A stretch of 41,513 nucleotides of DNA from Chlamydiia bacterium (lineage in GTDB: Bacteria; Chlamydiota; Chlamydiia; Chlamydiales; JAAKFR01). The translations under genes were made by a program, and so were the position numbers. The stretch covers positions 1-41,513 of the forward strand of contig JAGRNW010000002.1 of NCBI GenBank assembly GCA_020440555.1, read 5' to 3'. The stretch's first letter is position 1. Each line of letters starts with the position of its first letter. Under the pieces are notes generated by a model. It was not told the DNA's origin. It saw only the letters and a list, made by a program, of their open reading frames with translations, and ran no database searches. This document shows positions 8,224 through 17,112 of this stretch, piece after piece.

Positions 8224-8237
8224 GTCTACTCAACATT

Positions 8238-9560
8238 TTACGTTCTAAACAAAGCCTTCAGTTGTGTAATAGTTTCCTCAAACGTCGATTTATCCTCAAC
8301 ATCTTGGCGTAAAAACCTGTTCAATTTATCGATATGATCAATTGCATAATCGGCATCTCTGTCAGATCCCCGCTTATACTCTCCGATTCGAATCAGCATC
8401 TCATTTTTTCGATAATTGGCAAGGACTTCCCGCGCTTTTGCAACCAATTTCAATTGATCTTTCTTGGCTATGATCGTGAGCAATCGACTAATGGAAGCGA
8501 GCACATCGATAGCTGGATAATGATAAGCATGGGCCAATGCTTGAGATAAAACAATATGCCCATCAAGAATGGATCTAACTTCATCAGCAATTGGTTCATT
8601 CATATCGTCACCAGCGACTAATACGGTGTAAAAGGCAGTGATCGACCCTTTATCTGAGTTACCTGATCTTTCGAGCAAACGTGGAAGAGTGGCAAAAACG
8701 GAAGGGGTATAACCAGCCCTTGCAGGAGGCTCCCCTGCTGCAAGTCCCACTTCACGGAGAGCTCTAGCAAAACGGGTGACAGAATCCATCATCAAAATGA
8801 CTGTTTTCCCTTGATCACGGAAATATTCAGCAATAGCTGTTCCCACATAGGCCGCTGTTAACCGCACCTGAGAGGCTTGATCTGAGGTAGAAACGATCAC
8901 TACAGATCGTTTCATCCCCTCTTCTCCCAAATCCTGCTCGATAAATTCTCTTACCTCACGCCCTCGCTCACCAATAAGGCTGATCACATTGATTTCAGCT
9001 TCAGCATTTTTGGCAATCATTCCAAGAAGAGTCGATTTTCCAACGCCCGCTCCTGCAAAGATTCCTATTCGTTGCCCCCTTCCACAAGTGAGCAACCCAT
9101 CAATACAACGAACACCGACAGAAATATGCTCTTTAATTCTTTGTCGTTTAAGGGGATCTGGAGGAGAACGGAAAATAGGATATTGCTCGATTGTTTTTAA
9201 AGGGCCTTTGGTTTCTTCATCCAAGGGTTCCCCTAAGCCATTGAGCACTCGACCAAGCAACTGAGGGCCAACATGAATGTGAAGGGGAATCCGAGTGGGG
9301 ATCACCTCAGAGGAAGGACCAACTCCAGACATTTCTCCTAAGGGAGATAGATACACCTCATCTTGCGTGAAACCAACAACCTCAGTAAGCAACGGTTTTC
9401 CTTCCCGTTTAACCATACAGATCTCTCCGATCCGAACTTGAGGAACAACAGCCTTGATGAGCATCCCTACCACTTCGGTAATCCTCCCCATCACCGTTGT
9501 AATTTCAGCCTCTTCGAGACCTAAAATGAGTTGTTCGAGTTCGGTGGACTGATTATCCAT
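8238..9560 (-). CDS. cdsN: T3SS ATPase SctN (CdsN, YscN/FliI family)
   Basis: 440 aa with Walker A GAGVGKSTLLGMIA and Walker B VILMMDSVTRFARA. F1/FliI-like motifs are PPARAGYTPSVF and ITAFYTVLVAGDDMNEPIADE. Confidence 0.96.
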   Translation of the reverse strand: MDNQSTELEQLILGLEEAEITTVMGRITEVVGMLIKAVVPQVRIGEICMVKREGKPLLTEVVGFTQDEVYLSPLGEMSGVGPSSEVIPTRIPLHIHVGPQLLGRVLNGLGEPLDEETKGPLKTIEQYPIFRSPPDPLKRQRIKEHISVGVRCIDGLLTCGRGQRIGIFAGAGVGKSTLLGMIAKNAEAEINVISLIGERGREVREFIEQDLGEEGMKRSVVIVSTSDQASQVRLTAAYVGTAIAEYFRDQGKTVILMMDSVTRFARALREVGLAAGEPPARAGYTPSVFATLPRLLERSGNSDKGSITAFYTVLVAGDDMNEPIADEVRSILDGHIVLSQALAHAYHYPAIDVLASISRLLTIIAKKDQLKLVAKAREVLANYRKNEMLIRIGEYKRGSDRDADYAIDHIDKLNRFLRQDVEDKSTFEETITQLKALFRT

Positions 9561-9567
9561 TTTTAGG

Positions 9568-10230
9568 TTATCCCAGCTGAGTACTCATCAACGTTTTGAT
9601 GCCTGAAACTGTAGAGCCAATGATGTTAGCCAAGAGCTCCACTTTTTGAGAAGCGCGTTGCATCGCATATTGGACTGAAAGCATTTCTGAAACGCTTGGA
9701 TTTTTTACTTTAGACAAGAAATTCAAAGTCTGTCTCGAAGCCCCTTGGCTTGATTCAAGATAATCTCTGATATATTTGATAACAGCCTCCCCATCTCCCC
9801 TTTCTTTTTGAGGGGGTTCAAAGGTTTGTCCACTATATTTTGCAATGATATTCATGTCAGGTTGTAAATGATTCACCACCTCTTTCATCGCATCATAGTG
9901 AGCTTTTTCAAGTTTTCCTAGTGGAGGGTTGTCATATGTGTCTTGGGCTTCGTTAATCTTTTGCAAAAGAGTTTGGGCATGCCCGGTCACACTATCCGGG
10001 GAAATTTTTGCTCCCACTCCCTTGGCAGCTTCCATGGGAGTAGGGCGTTCAGCTGCTCCAGTTGCCCCAGAAGTCTTTCCCTTTTCCGCCGGCTCGGGAG
10101 GGAGAGAAAATGGCTTGGGCTGCTGCGCCTCCTCGCCAGCTCCAAGTCCTGGCTGATCATCAGCAGGAGGTGTTGTCGAAGGAATGGGAGGAATGGGAGG
10201 ATTGTTAATTGGATCATTGGGGATTGTCAT
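9568..10230 (-). CDS. T3SS-cluster protein (chlamydial CT668 position); Pro-rich N-terminus and a C-terminus resembling inner-rod SctI/YscI
   Basis: 220 aa. The N-terminus reads PINNPPIPPIPSTTPPADDQPG. The C-terminal helix EMLSVQYAMQRASQKVELLANIIGSTVSGIKTLMSTQ aligns by eye with the YscI C-terminus as I recall it. It sits where yscH/yscI sit after yscG. Confidence 0.45.
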   Translation of the reverse strand: MTIPNDPINNPPIPPIPSTTPPADDQPGLGAGEEAQQPKPFSLPPEPAEKGKTSGATGAAERPTPMEAAKGVGAKISPDSVTGHAQTLLQKINEAQDTYDNPPLGKLEKAHYDAMKEVVNHLQPDMNIIAKYSGQTFEPPQKERGDGEAVIKYIRDYLESSQGASRQTLNFLSKVKNPSVSEMLSVQYAMQRASQKVELLANIIGSTVSGIKTLMSTQLG

Positions 10231-10254
10231 CTAGTTTCCTTAAAGTTTAATTGT

Positions 10255-10710
10255 TTAAAACCCAGGCGCTCGCGTTGCTTGGGCCTTCTCTTGCAATTGA
10301 GTTTCCCAATCAAGAACCGATTGAGCTAACTCTCTGGTTGACTGAAGATCACTTTTGTTGATCACCTCTTCAGCAAGATCAGCCCCTTTCTTTAAGTAAC
10401 TGAGTTGCTTTTGTGTATCTTTCACTTCAATTGCAGATAAAACATAGGTGAAACTTAAAAAGGCCTTCGCCTGATAATGGGTTTTATCCTTAGCAATCAC
10501 CTCATTAAACTTCCTCTCTGCCACAGAAAGATCCATTTTGTGCAAAGCAATCAGTGCATACCCCATGTTAACGTTAGGATTGGCCGGGTCAATCGCGTGG
10601 ACTCCTTCGAACAATTTTTTTGCACTGTCCTCATCCCCTTGCTTGATCGCAATCAATCCTGCTTCCACAAGAAGAGGAATATCCTTTTTATATTTTTCAA
10701 ACGATGCCAT
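10255..10710 (-). CDS. cdsG: TPR-type needle-subunit co-chaperone (CdsG/YscG-like)
   Basis: 151 aa, all-helical and TPR-like (AGLIAIKQGDEDSAKKLFEGVHAIDPANPNVNMGYALIAL). It lies directly downstream of the needle gene, in the yscE-F-G order. Confidence 0.6.
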   Translation of the reverse strand: MASFEKYKKDIPLLVEAGLIAIKQGDEDSAKKLFEGVHAIDPANPNVNMGYALIALHKMDLSVAERKFNEVIAKDKTHYQAKAFLSFTYVLSAIEVKDTQKQLSYLKKGADLAEEVINKSDLQSTRELAQSVLDWETQLQEKAQATRAPGF

Positions 10711-10736
10711 ATCATCTCCCCTTTAAATAAATTTAG

Positions 10737-10982
10737 TTACTTACCGCTTGTTGCCCGTGCCATAGTAATCATCTCAGTATGCACAGCACTCAAGGCGTTG
10801 GAAACGGCTTCTACATATTGGGACATGATCTGCATTCGAAACTGAAGCTGAAACATGGTTCCTAAGTTGACTGTACCCCCTGTGGCATGTTCCAACTTCT
10901 TTAAATATTTTTGTACGTTCGAGACATAACTTTGCAGTCCCGAAAGCATCGCATTAAAATTAAATGAGGCTGCTCCGCCCAT
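10737..10982 (-). CDS. cdsF: T3SS needle filament protein SctF (CdsF)
   Basis: 81 aa with a helix-turn-helix needle-subunit pattern (LGTMFQLQFRMQIMSQYVEAVSNALSAVHTEMITMAR). It is flanked by YscE-like and YscG-like genes. Confidence 0.8.
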   Translation of the reverse strand: MGGAASFNFNAMLSGLQSYVSNVQKYLKKLEHATGGTVNLGTMFQLQFRMQIMSQYVEAVSNALSAVHTEMITMARATSGK

Positions 10983-10992
10983 AATTTACCTC

Positions 10993-11232
10993 CTATTTTC
11001 GACTCGCTCGTTCGACGACTTTTTTTGCAGCAACAAAAGCCCCAAGCAATTTTTGACTTTTTTTATACGATTCAGCATCTTCTCCCTGACGCATGGAATT
11101 TTTCAACTCTTGACTGGAAGATTCAAGTTGCTCTTTGATCTTCTTAAATTCAGCCGGATGATTGATGGTCTTCTCAAGATCAAACTCCCAGTCGGCTCCT
11201 CCCCCTTTCTTTTCTTTTCCCATTCCAAACAT
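10993..11232 (-). CDS. cdsE: Needle-subunit co-chaperone (CdsE/YscE-like)
   Basis: 79 aa. ELKNSMRQGEDAESYKKSQKLL matches the YscE pattern KLKKDMMRGGDAKQY as I recall it. It lies between cdsD and cdsF. Confidence 0.55.
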   Translation of the reverse strand: MFGMGKEKKGGGADWEFDLEKTINHPAEFKKIKEQLESSSQELKNSMRQGEDAESYKKSQKLLGAFVAAKKVVERASRK

Positions 11233-11267
11233 AAAAAACCTTCCTTCGATTTATAGCGAATAAAACT

Positions 11268-13061
11268 TTATTTATTGTATTCGATCTTATATTTCAATCC
11301 GTCCTTTTCAAGATAGATCGTATGAGGTTGAATGCTCGTGATCGTCATTCCATCAATCGTATCCCCCCGCATCAAAAGCTTCCCATTGATCACAACATTA
11401 ATATTTACATTTCCGTGCCGAGCAAAACCAGTGACTTGATACCGGTCTGGATACTTCTCGTTAAGATTAACTACAGCAGCCTCAGGAGACAGAACCACGA
11501 CGAAACTACGCAATGAACGGACTCCTAGAATTCCTCGCAACTTTGTCAAAACAATATTGTATTTATCTGCATCATTTGACTTAATGTAACCCGTTAATGT
11601 CAACTCACCGTTGGAAAAAGAAGACGTCACACCTCCCAACCCTTCTTGCATCAATTTGAGTTCAGCCTCTTCCATGACCTCCTGCTCCACAACTACAAGA
11701 TTTTGGAGACGATCACGGAATTGAAAATTCAAATTCATATAATCGGTCAATGAGGCTGCTTCTTTTGAAGTTTTTAAATAACCAGTCAATGCAAATTCAC
11801 CAGGATCAGGGGAGTGCATCGAAACACCTTGCCATTGGGGATTTTTTGATAGTAAGATATTCATTTCCTGCCAGATAGACTCATCAACAACTACGTTATC
11901 ATCAATTCCTGTGATAAAAGTCAATCCACGAAGATTGTAAAGTAGCTCATTTTTATCAACACCCGTCCCCACGTGCCCTACAAGAAAAAGACGGCCCGTT
12001 GATTTGTTGAAAGTATACTTGACCCCCGGAAACTGCTTGAGAGCATTTTGAATTTCTAAAGGCTTGTCTTTTATTTGAAGAACGGCCTCTTTTCCCCCTT
12101 CAAAAAGAGAGACCATTCCAATCCCAATCAAAACAGCTATCAATCCTAGAATGACCGTAAGCACAAGAGCACCCGGAGGAAGAGTAGGTTTAACGGGGGA
12201 TTCCGTTTTTTTTACTTCCTCTAACACTTCTTTTTCAACTTCCTCAAGAAGTTCTTCTTCTTTCGATGGTGAAGGAACCTCTTCTCTCTTCTTTTCTTCA
12301 GGCAATTCAAATGTCGGAGCCACGATCGTCTTTGTAGGGGCCTCTCGATCAACCACCAAAAAGGCTGACGTTCCCAGAATCACCACCTGACCCGGATCGA
12401 GTCGAGTTTTAGATGTGATCCGTTCACGCTCGATCAGGACCCCGTTGCGGCTTTTCAAATCTTCAATATACGGAACGCCCTCTGATGTGAGTTCTAATTT
12501 AGCATGTTCTCTTGAAACACTTAAATCGTGAAAAACAATGTCGCAAACGACGGTGTCTGTGCCCAACACATAAGAAGAACCCTCAATTAAAGCAAATTCA
12601 GCTCCACTGTTCGGCCCTGCGATCACTTTGAGCACATAGCGATTTTCAGGGCCTAAATCGATCTGAATTTCGGGTGTGATCTCCTCCTCTTCCCGGTAAA
12701 TTGTTCCATAAGGCCCTTCATCTTCAGACACCGATTTTATCTTAGAGGGAAGAAGAGGTGATCCCTGCGGATAAAAATGAAAAAGAGTCCCTCCGATAGA
12801 GATTTTATCCCCTTCTTGCAAAAAAGTAGGTTCGAAGATGGAATGATCATTGATGAGAATGGGATTCGATTCGCTCAGATTCTCAATTCTATAACCTTCA
12901 TCAGTCTGCGCGATACGGGCATGAATCCGAGAAGCTTTTGGATCCTCAAGCACAAGAGAACACAAGTCAGGATCCCGTCCAAGCGCCCATTCTGTCCCCT
13001 TCTCAAGCGTTAAAACTAGCCCCTTAAGGGTCCCCTCTTCTCCAAATAACTCTGCAGCCAT
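11268..13061 (-). CDS. cdsD: T3SS inner-membrane ring protein SctD (CdsD) with two N-terminal FHA domains
   Basis: 597 aa. FHA1 reads GRDPDLCSLVLEDPKASRIHARI...NLSESNPILIN. FHA2 reads GTDTVVCDIVFHDLSVSREHAKL...DLKSRNGVLI. A single TM helix (LVLTVILGLIAVLIGIGMVSLF) is followed by a periplasmic YscD-like region. Confidence 0.85.
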   Translation of the reverse strand: MAAELFGEEGTLKGLVLTLEKGTEWALGRDPDLCSLVLEDPKASRIHARIAQTDEGYRIENLSESNPILINDHSIFEPTFLQEGDKISIGGTLFHFYPQGSPLLPSKIKSVSEDEGPYGTIYREEEEITPEIQIDLGPENRYVLKVIAGPNSGAEFALIEGSSYVLGTDTVVCDIVFHDLSVSREHAKLELTSEGVPYIEDLKSRNGVLIERERITSKTRLDPGQVVILGTSAFLVVDREAPTKTIVAPTFELPEEKKREEVPSPSKEEELLEEVEKEVLEEVKKTESPVKPTLPPGALVLTVILGLIAVLIGIGMVSLFEGGKEAVLQIKDKPLEIQNALKQFPGVKYTFNKSTGRLFLVGHVGTGVDKNELLYNLRGLTFITGIDDNVVVDESIWQEMNILLSKNPQWQGVSMHSPDPGEFALTGYLKTSKEAASLTDYMNLNFQFRDRLQNLVVVEQEVMEEAELKLMQEGLGGVTSSFSNGELTLTGYIKSNDADKYNIVLTKLRGILGVRSLRSFVVVLSPEAAVVNLNEKYPDRYQVTGFARHGNVNINVVINGKLLMRGDTIDGMTITSIQPHTIYLEKDGLKYKIEYNK

Positions 13062-13064
13062 CGT

Positions 13065-13628
13065 CTAATTCACCTTATTGGGCACAAATCCAAGAGTTTC
13101 ATTACGCCAACTTTCGGCGTAGTTTACAAAATCTTCCAATCTCTCTCTAAAATCTCTATATGACAAATTTTCCCCCAAAAAGGTGGACAGAAAAATCACC
13201 TTCCCCTCTCGATCCAATCCAAGAACAGCCCCTCCTGTTTCGGCGCCAAAAAGATTGGCAGTCATCGCTCTTATTAAATACTCCTCCCTCCCATTTTCTG
13301 GAAGGGAGGCAAGGGAAGACAAAAGGGTAATTCCTCTTAATTCATTTTCTCTCAATACGATCTGCAAATTTGGATCGAGGGACAAAGAATAAGACCCATC
13401 ATCATTTCGAGCAACAGGATCCCATCCGAATTCTTGAGTTAATTGGTTAAGATGACGTTTTAACATCTGTATAAAAATCCCCTTATTGCTTATTGTTGTT
13501 GATTTATCGATAAGAGTCCACCGTTTATGCATTTTTTGCGCCACTTGCTGATCCTTTCGTCTAGTTTTGGTCCTTGGGGGTCTGATGCCGATCTCGTCGT
13601 TCCCTCCTCTATTTGTGAAAACGTTCAT
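13065..13628 (-). CDS. Class I T3SS chaperone (CesT/SycE fold; Scc4/CT663 position), start uncertain
   Basis: The C-terminal ~130 aa carry a chaperone-like pattern (SLSLDPNLQIVLREN...LIRAMTANLFGAETGGAVLGLDREGKVIFLSTFL...FVNYAESW). The ATG at 13628 has AAGGAGGG 9 nt upstream. The longest ORF starts at TTG 13676, and internal ATGs lie at 13532 and 13466. The stop is 3 nt before the cdsD start. Confidence 0.6.
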   Translation of the reverse strand: MNVFTNRGGNDEIGIRPPRTKTRRKDQQVAQKMHKRWTLIDKSTTISNKGIFIQMLKRHLNQLTQEFGWDPVARNDDGSYSLSLDPNLQIVLRENELRGITLLSSLASLPENGREEYLIRAMTANLFGAETGGAVLGLDREGKVIFLSTFLGENLSYRDFRERLEDFVNYAESWRNETLGFVPNKVN

Positions 13629-13857
13629 TACTCTAAACCCTCCTTGATTTGTCAAGGAATGATCCGATTTTTTCAAAAAAAAATCAGCCCAATCGACGGA
13701 CCCAGAAGCAGTTATGCCCCTTCAAGCTCCCAATTCACACTCCTTGCTATCCAGAAATATGGGGTTCTCAAAGGAATCGCTCTTGGATGCGATCGCTTGA
13801 TGAGAGAAAACGGACAACTCTGGGTTTATGAAATTTACGATAAGTGTGATCCACCGC

Positions 13858-15657
13858 TCAAGTATGATCCAGTTCGATGAGGGTTTTTGCAAAAGCATAA
13901 GCACTGCGTGTCGGCTCACTAGGCAGCTGCTCATTTGTTTTGAAGAAGCGCTCCTCGCCCATCTCCCCAATCAAGCCAGCACTTCTCATTACTTTCCAAA
14001 CTTCTTTGTTTACACCACTTGCAAGTAAAACTTTTCCTTCAGATCGCATATAACGATGCAATTTTTTTAATACTAAACAAATAGACGCATCCACAGAACG
14101 TGTATTAAAAAGTTGAAAAATAATAATTCTAATCGATTCTCCTTCAGAAAGTTCACGCAGTTTCATCTCGAGAATATCAGCCGCTCCAAAAAAAAGCTCC
14201 CCTTCAGCTTGGACAATGCAAATGCGAGGATCCAGTCTTTCATCTTCTTGCTCAATGGGACGAAGTTTACCAATATTATTGAAGCTGTATTCGACAAGCA
14301 ACGGGGTTGCAGCTTGACGCAAATAGAGTACGATAGAAAGAATGACTCCAATATAAAGTGCTATATCAAGATTAAAGAAAAGGCCGCTAGCGAAGGTAAA
14401 GATGACCACAAGGGAATCAATTCTTGTAGCCCTAAGACAAAAGAGAAGGTTTTTAAAATTAATCATTTCAAAGGCCACAAGCATCATCAAAGCGGCGATC
14501 GTCCCCAAAGGAATCTTGGCAACGAGAAACCCAAAAAGAAGTGAAAAGATCAGAAGAATCATTCCAGACAAAACGGCGGCAAAACGACTGCCTGCTCTCA
14601 AACTTACATTGAGTGCTGTTCTGGAAAAACTACCGGAGCTTGGCATAGCTCCTAAGAAAGAACTCAACAGATTCCCTATTCCCAAACCTAAAACTTCTTG
14701 ATTAGAAGAGTAGGGAGGATCACTGGCCTTGTGATAATTTCTTCCAATTGCTGTGGCTTCCAAAACCGATAGAAGAGTGATCGCAAATGCCAGCGGAATC
14801 AGATTGCCAAGAAGGCTCCAATTAAAACTGGGAAAGTCGAGAGAAGGAAATCCTGTGAATAAAGGGCCCACGTCCCCGAGCAATGTCACCCGCTCTACTG
14901 GTTCACCCGCTTCAACATCAAAACTTCCTGCGGCGGTTTCGGGAGAAAGATTGAAAAAAAGAACAACCCATCCAGCAAGGATAAAAATAACCACTGCATA
15001 AGGCCATTTCGGAATCAGTTTTTTAAACCCAATCAAAAAAATGAGAGATCCCACCGCTATTAAGGTGGTGGGGATATTTAAAAGAGAGAGGTTAGAAATT
15101 AAAAACAAACACCGTTGGATCAATGGGTGATGTCCTGGATCACTTCGAATTCCAAAAAAAGGATAACATTGTGTAATCAAAATGGTTAGAGCAACCACAG
15201 ATAAGTAGCCCACTACAACGGAACGAGAAGCGAATTGGGTGATTCGACCAGCTTTTAACACAGCAGCCAATATCTGAAAGCAACCCACCATCAAACAAAG
15301 TATTAAAACAATTTCCTGTGCAAACAAATCTTTTTTGGGGCCAGTTAAGTTAGGATAAGACGTATAAATGATTTCGGCTGTTCCTGATTGAATTAAGATC
15401 GCAATGGCATTTGTAGGTCCAGCAACGAGCCTTCTAGAGGACCCAAAGGCTGCGATAAAGATGGTTCCAAAAATAGCAGAGAAAACTCCGGCAGACGGTG
15501 GGAGACCGGCTACAAACGCATAGGCAACAGACTGAGGCAAAGCCAGTAGTGCCACGGAGATTGCGGCAACCAAATCTCTCCTAAAACCTCCAAGCTGATA
15601 GTCGAGAAGATCGCGCCAAAACGGGAATAGAGAGAGGGATTCACCACCACTTGCCAT
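13858..15657 (-). CDS. SulP-family anion transporter with C-terminal STAS domain
   Basis: 599 aa with many TM segments and SulP-like motifs (ALPQSVAYAFVAGLPP, GIGNLLSSFLGAMPSSGSFSRTA). The soluble C-terminal STAS-like domain reads IVQAEGELFFGAADILE...VLLASGVNKEVWKVM. Confidence 0.85.
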   Translation of the reverse strand: MASGGESLSLFPFWRDLLDYQLGGFRRDLVAAISVALLALPQSVAYAFVAGLPPSAGVFSAIFGTIFIAAFGSSRRLVAGPTNAIAILIQSGTAEIIYTSYPNLTGPKKDLFAQEIVLILCLMVGCFQILAAVLKAGRITQFASRSVVVGYLSVVALTILITQCYPFFGIRSDPGHHPLIQRCLFLISNLSLLNIPTTLIAVGSLIFLIGFKKLIPKWPYAVVIFILAGWVVLFFNLSPETAAGSFDVEAGEPVERVTLLGDVGPLFTGFPSLDFPSFNWSLLGNLIPLAFAITLLSVLEATAIGRNYHKASDPPYSSNQEVLGLGIGNLLSSFLGAMPSSGSFSRTALNVSLRAGSRFAAVLSGMILLIFSLLFGFLVAKIPLGTIAALMMLVAFEMINFKNLLFCLRATRIDSLVVIFTFASGLFFNLDIALYIGVILSIVLYLRQAATPLLVEYSFNNIGKLRPIEQEDERLDPRICIVQAEGELFFGAADILEMKLRELSEGESIRIIIFQLFNTRSVDASICLVLKKLHRYMRSEGKVLLASGVNKEVWKVMRSAGLIGEMGEERFFKTNEQLPSEPTRSAYAFAKTLIELDHT

Positions 15658-15744
15658 AATTAGCGCAAATTACAAAAAATTGAATAAAAATCATAATAAA
15701 TTATTGGTTTGAAGAAAAATAGTTTGAATAGTATTCTTTTTCCT

Positions 15745-17076
15745 ATGTCTACTCCCAAGATTGCGATTGTGGGACGCCCCAATGTGGGAAAATCGGCCCT
15801 TTTCAACCGGATTGTGAAAAAGAGAATTGCCATTGTTGATGAACAAGAGGGCGTTACTCGAGATCGTCTATATGCCACAAGCGAACTTTTTGGTTTCCCT
15901 TTTGTGGTGATCGACACGGGAGGGATCGATCCTCATTCAACGGATCAATTTGCTGAAGCAATCAGGCGACAGGCCGAGCTAGCTATCGAGGAGGCCGATC
16001 GGATTGTGATGGTGGTCGATGGGAGGATGGGAGTGACCACTCTCGATAAGGAATTGGCCAAATATCTTCTAAAAAAGAAGTGTCACGTCACTTTAGCTGT
16101 CAATAAAATTGATGATTTACGACAGGAAGAATGGATGGCCCCCTTTTATTCATTGGGTTTTGAAAAGATGATCGGCGTCTCAGCCATGCACGGCCTCAAA
16201 GTGGTAGAACTTTTAGACTCCGTATTGAAAGACTTCTCACGCAAAGAATCCATCATTCCCGATTCTCGTCTTCGTATTTCAGTTGTTGGGAGACCAAATG
16301 TAGGAAAATCCACTCTTCTAAACGCCCTTCTCAATGATGAAAGGTGCGTTGTGAGTGATATCCCTGGAACGACACGCGATCACGTAGAAGTTCCTCTTTC
16401 GATCAAAGGAGAGGATTATATTTTAATTGACACGGCAGGGATTAGACGAAAAAAAAGCGAGAAAGAAACGGTTGATAAATTTGCTTTTATACGAACAGAA
16501 GAGGCCATTGATCAAAGTGATCTTTGCCTGTTGATGATCAATGCTAACGAGGGACTCACCCACGAAGAGAAAAAAATCGCTAACCTGATCGAAAAGAAAG
16601 GAGGAAGCTGTATCATTCTCATTAACAAATGGGATCTTGTCAAAAAGTGCCGCATGGAACATTCTCAAAAAGAAATCTCTTCAGCAAATCCCTTTTTAGC
16701 TCACTGTCCCATTCTCTGCATCAGCGCCAAAGAGGGGAGAAATTTGGGTCTAATTTTTGATACAGTGAAACAAGTCCTTCAAGAGCGGAGAAAACGGATC
16801 ACAACGGGGGCTCTTAACAGTTTTTTAGAACGCACGATGCAGCTCTACCATCCCCCAGCAATCCGGGGAAAAAGGCTACGTATCTACTATCTCACACAAA
16901 TCAAAGAAACGCCTCCTACTTTTGTTTTGTTTATTAATCATTCATTTCTCATAGAAGGAGGATACAAACGCTATTTGATCAATCAATTTCGTAAAGCCTT
17001 TGGATTTCGAGGAACTCCTTTACAATTTTATTTTCGAAACAAACAATCAAAAAAAGCTTCTTCATCTACCCAATAA
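15745..17076 (+). CDS. der: Ribosome-associated GTPase Der (EngA), double G domain
   Basis: Two GTPase domains (IAIVGRPNVGKSALFN/DTGG/NKID and ISVVGRPNVGKSTLLN/DTAGIR/NKWD) plus a KH-like C-terminus. The track ORF starts at TTG 15709; ATG 15745 (MSTPKIAIVG) fits the family N-terminus better. Confidence 0.93.
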   Translation: MSTPKIAIVGRPNVGKSALFNRIVKKRIAIVDEQEGVTRDRLYATSELFGFPFVVIDTGGIDPHSTDQFAEAIRRQAELAIEEADRIVMVVDGRMGVTTLDKELAKYLLKKKCHVTLAVNKIDDLRQEEWMAPFYSLGFEKMIGVSAMHGLKVVELLDSVLKDFSRKESIIPDSRLRISVVGRPNVGKSTLLNALLNDERCVVSDIPGTTRDHVEVPLSIKGEDYILIDTAGIRRKKSEKETVDKFAFIRTEEAIDQSDLCLLMINANEGLTHEEKKIANLIEKKGGSCIILINKWDLVKKCRMEHSQKEISSANPFLAHCPILCISAKEGRNLGLIFDTVKQVLQERRKRITTGALNSFLERTMQLYHPPAIRGKRLRIYYLTQIKETPPTFVLFINHSFLIEGGYKRYLINQFRKAFGFRGTPLQFYFRNKQSKKASSSTQ

Positions 17077-17112
17077 TTTTTACACGAACGCGCATCTTTC
17101 TTGTGGGCCGCC

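Noticed and set aside
13760-13800. The GCGATCGC palindrome and small hairpins upstream of the T3SS array, considered as an operator or terminator.
   Set aside because: The stems are only 5-8 bp with no T-tract. Such structures are expected by chance in a 180-bp intergenic region.
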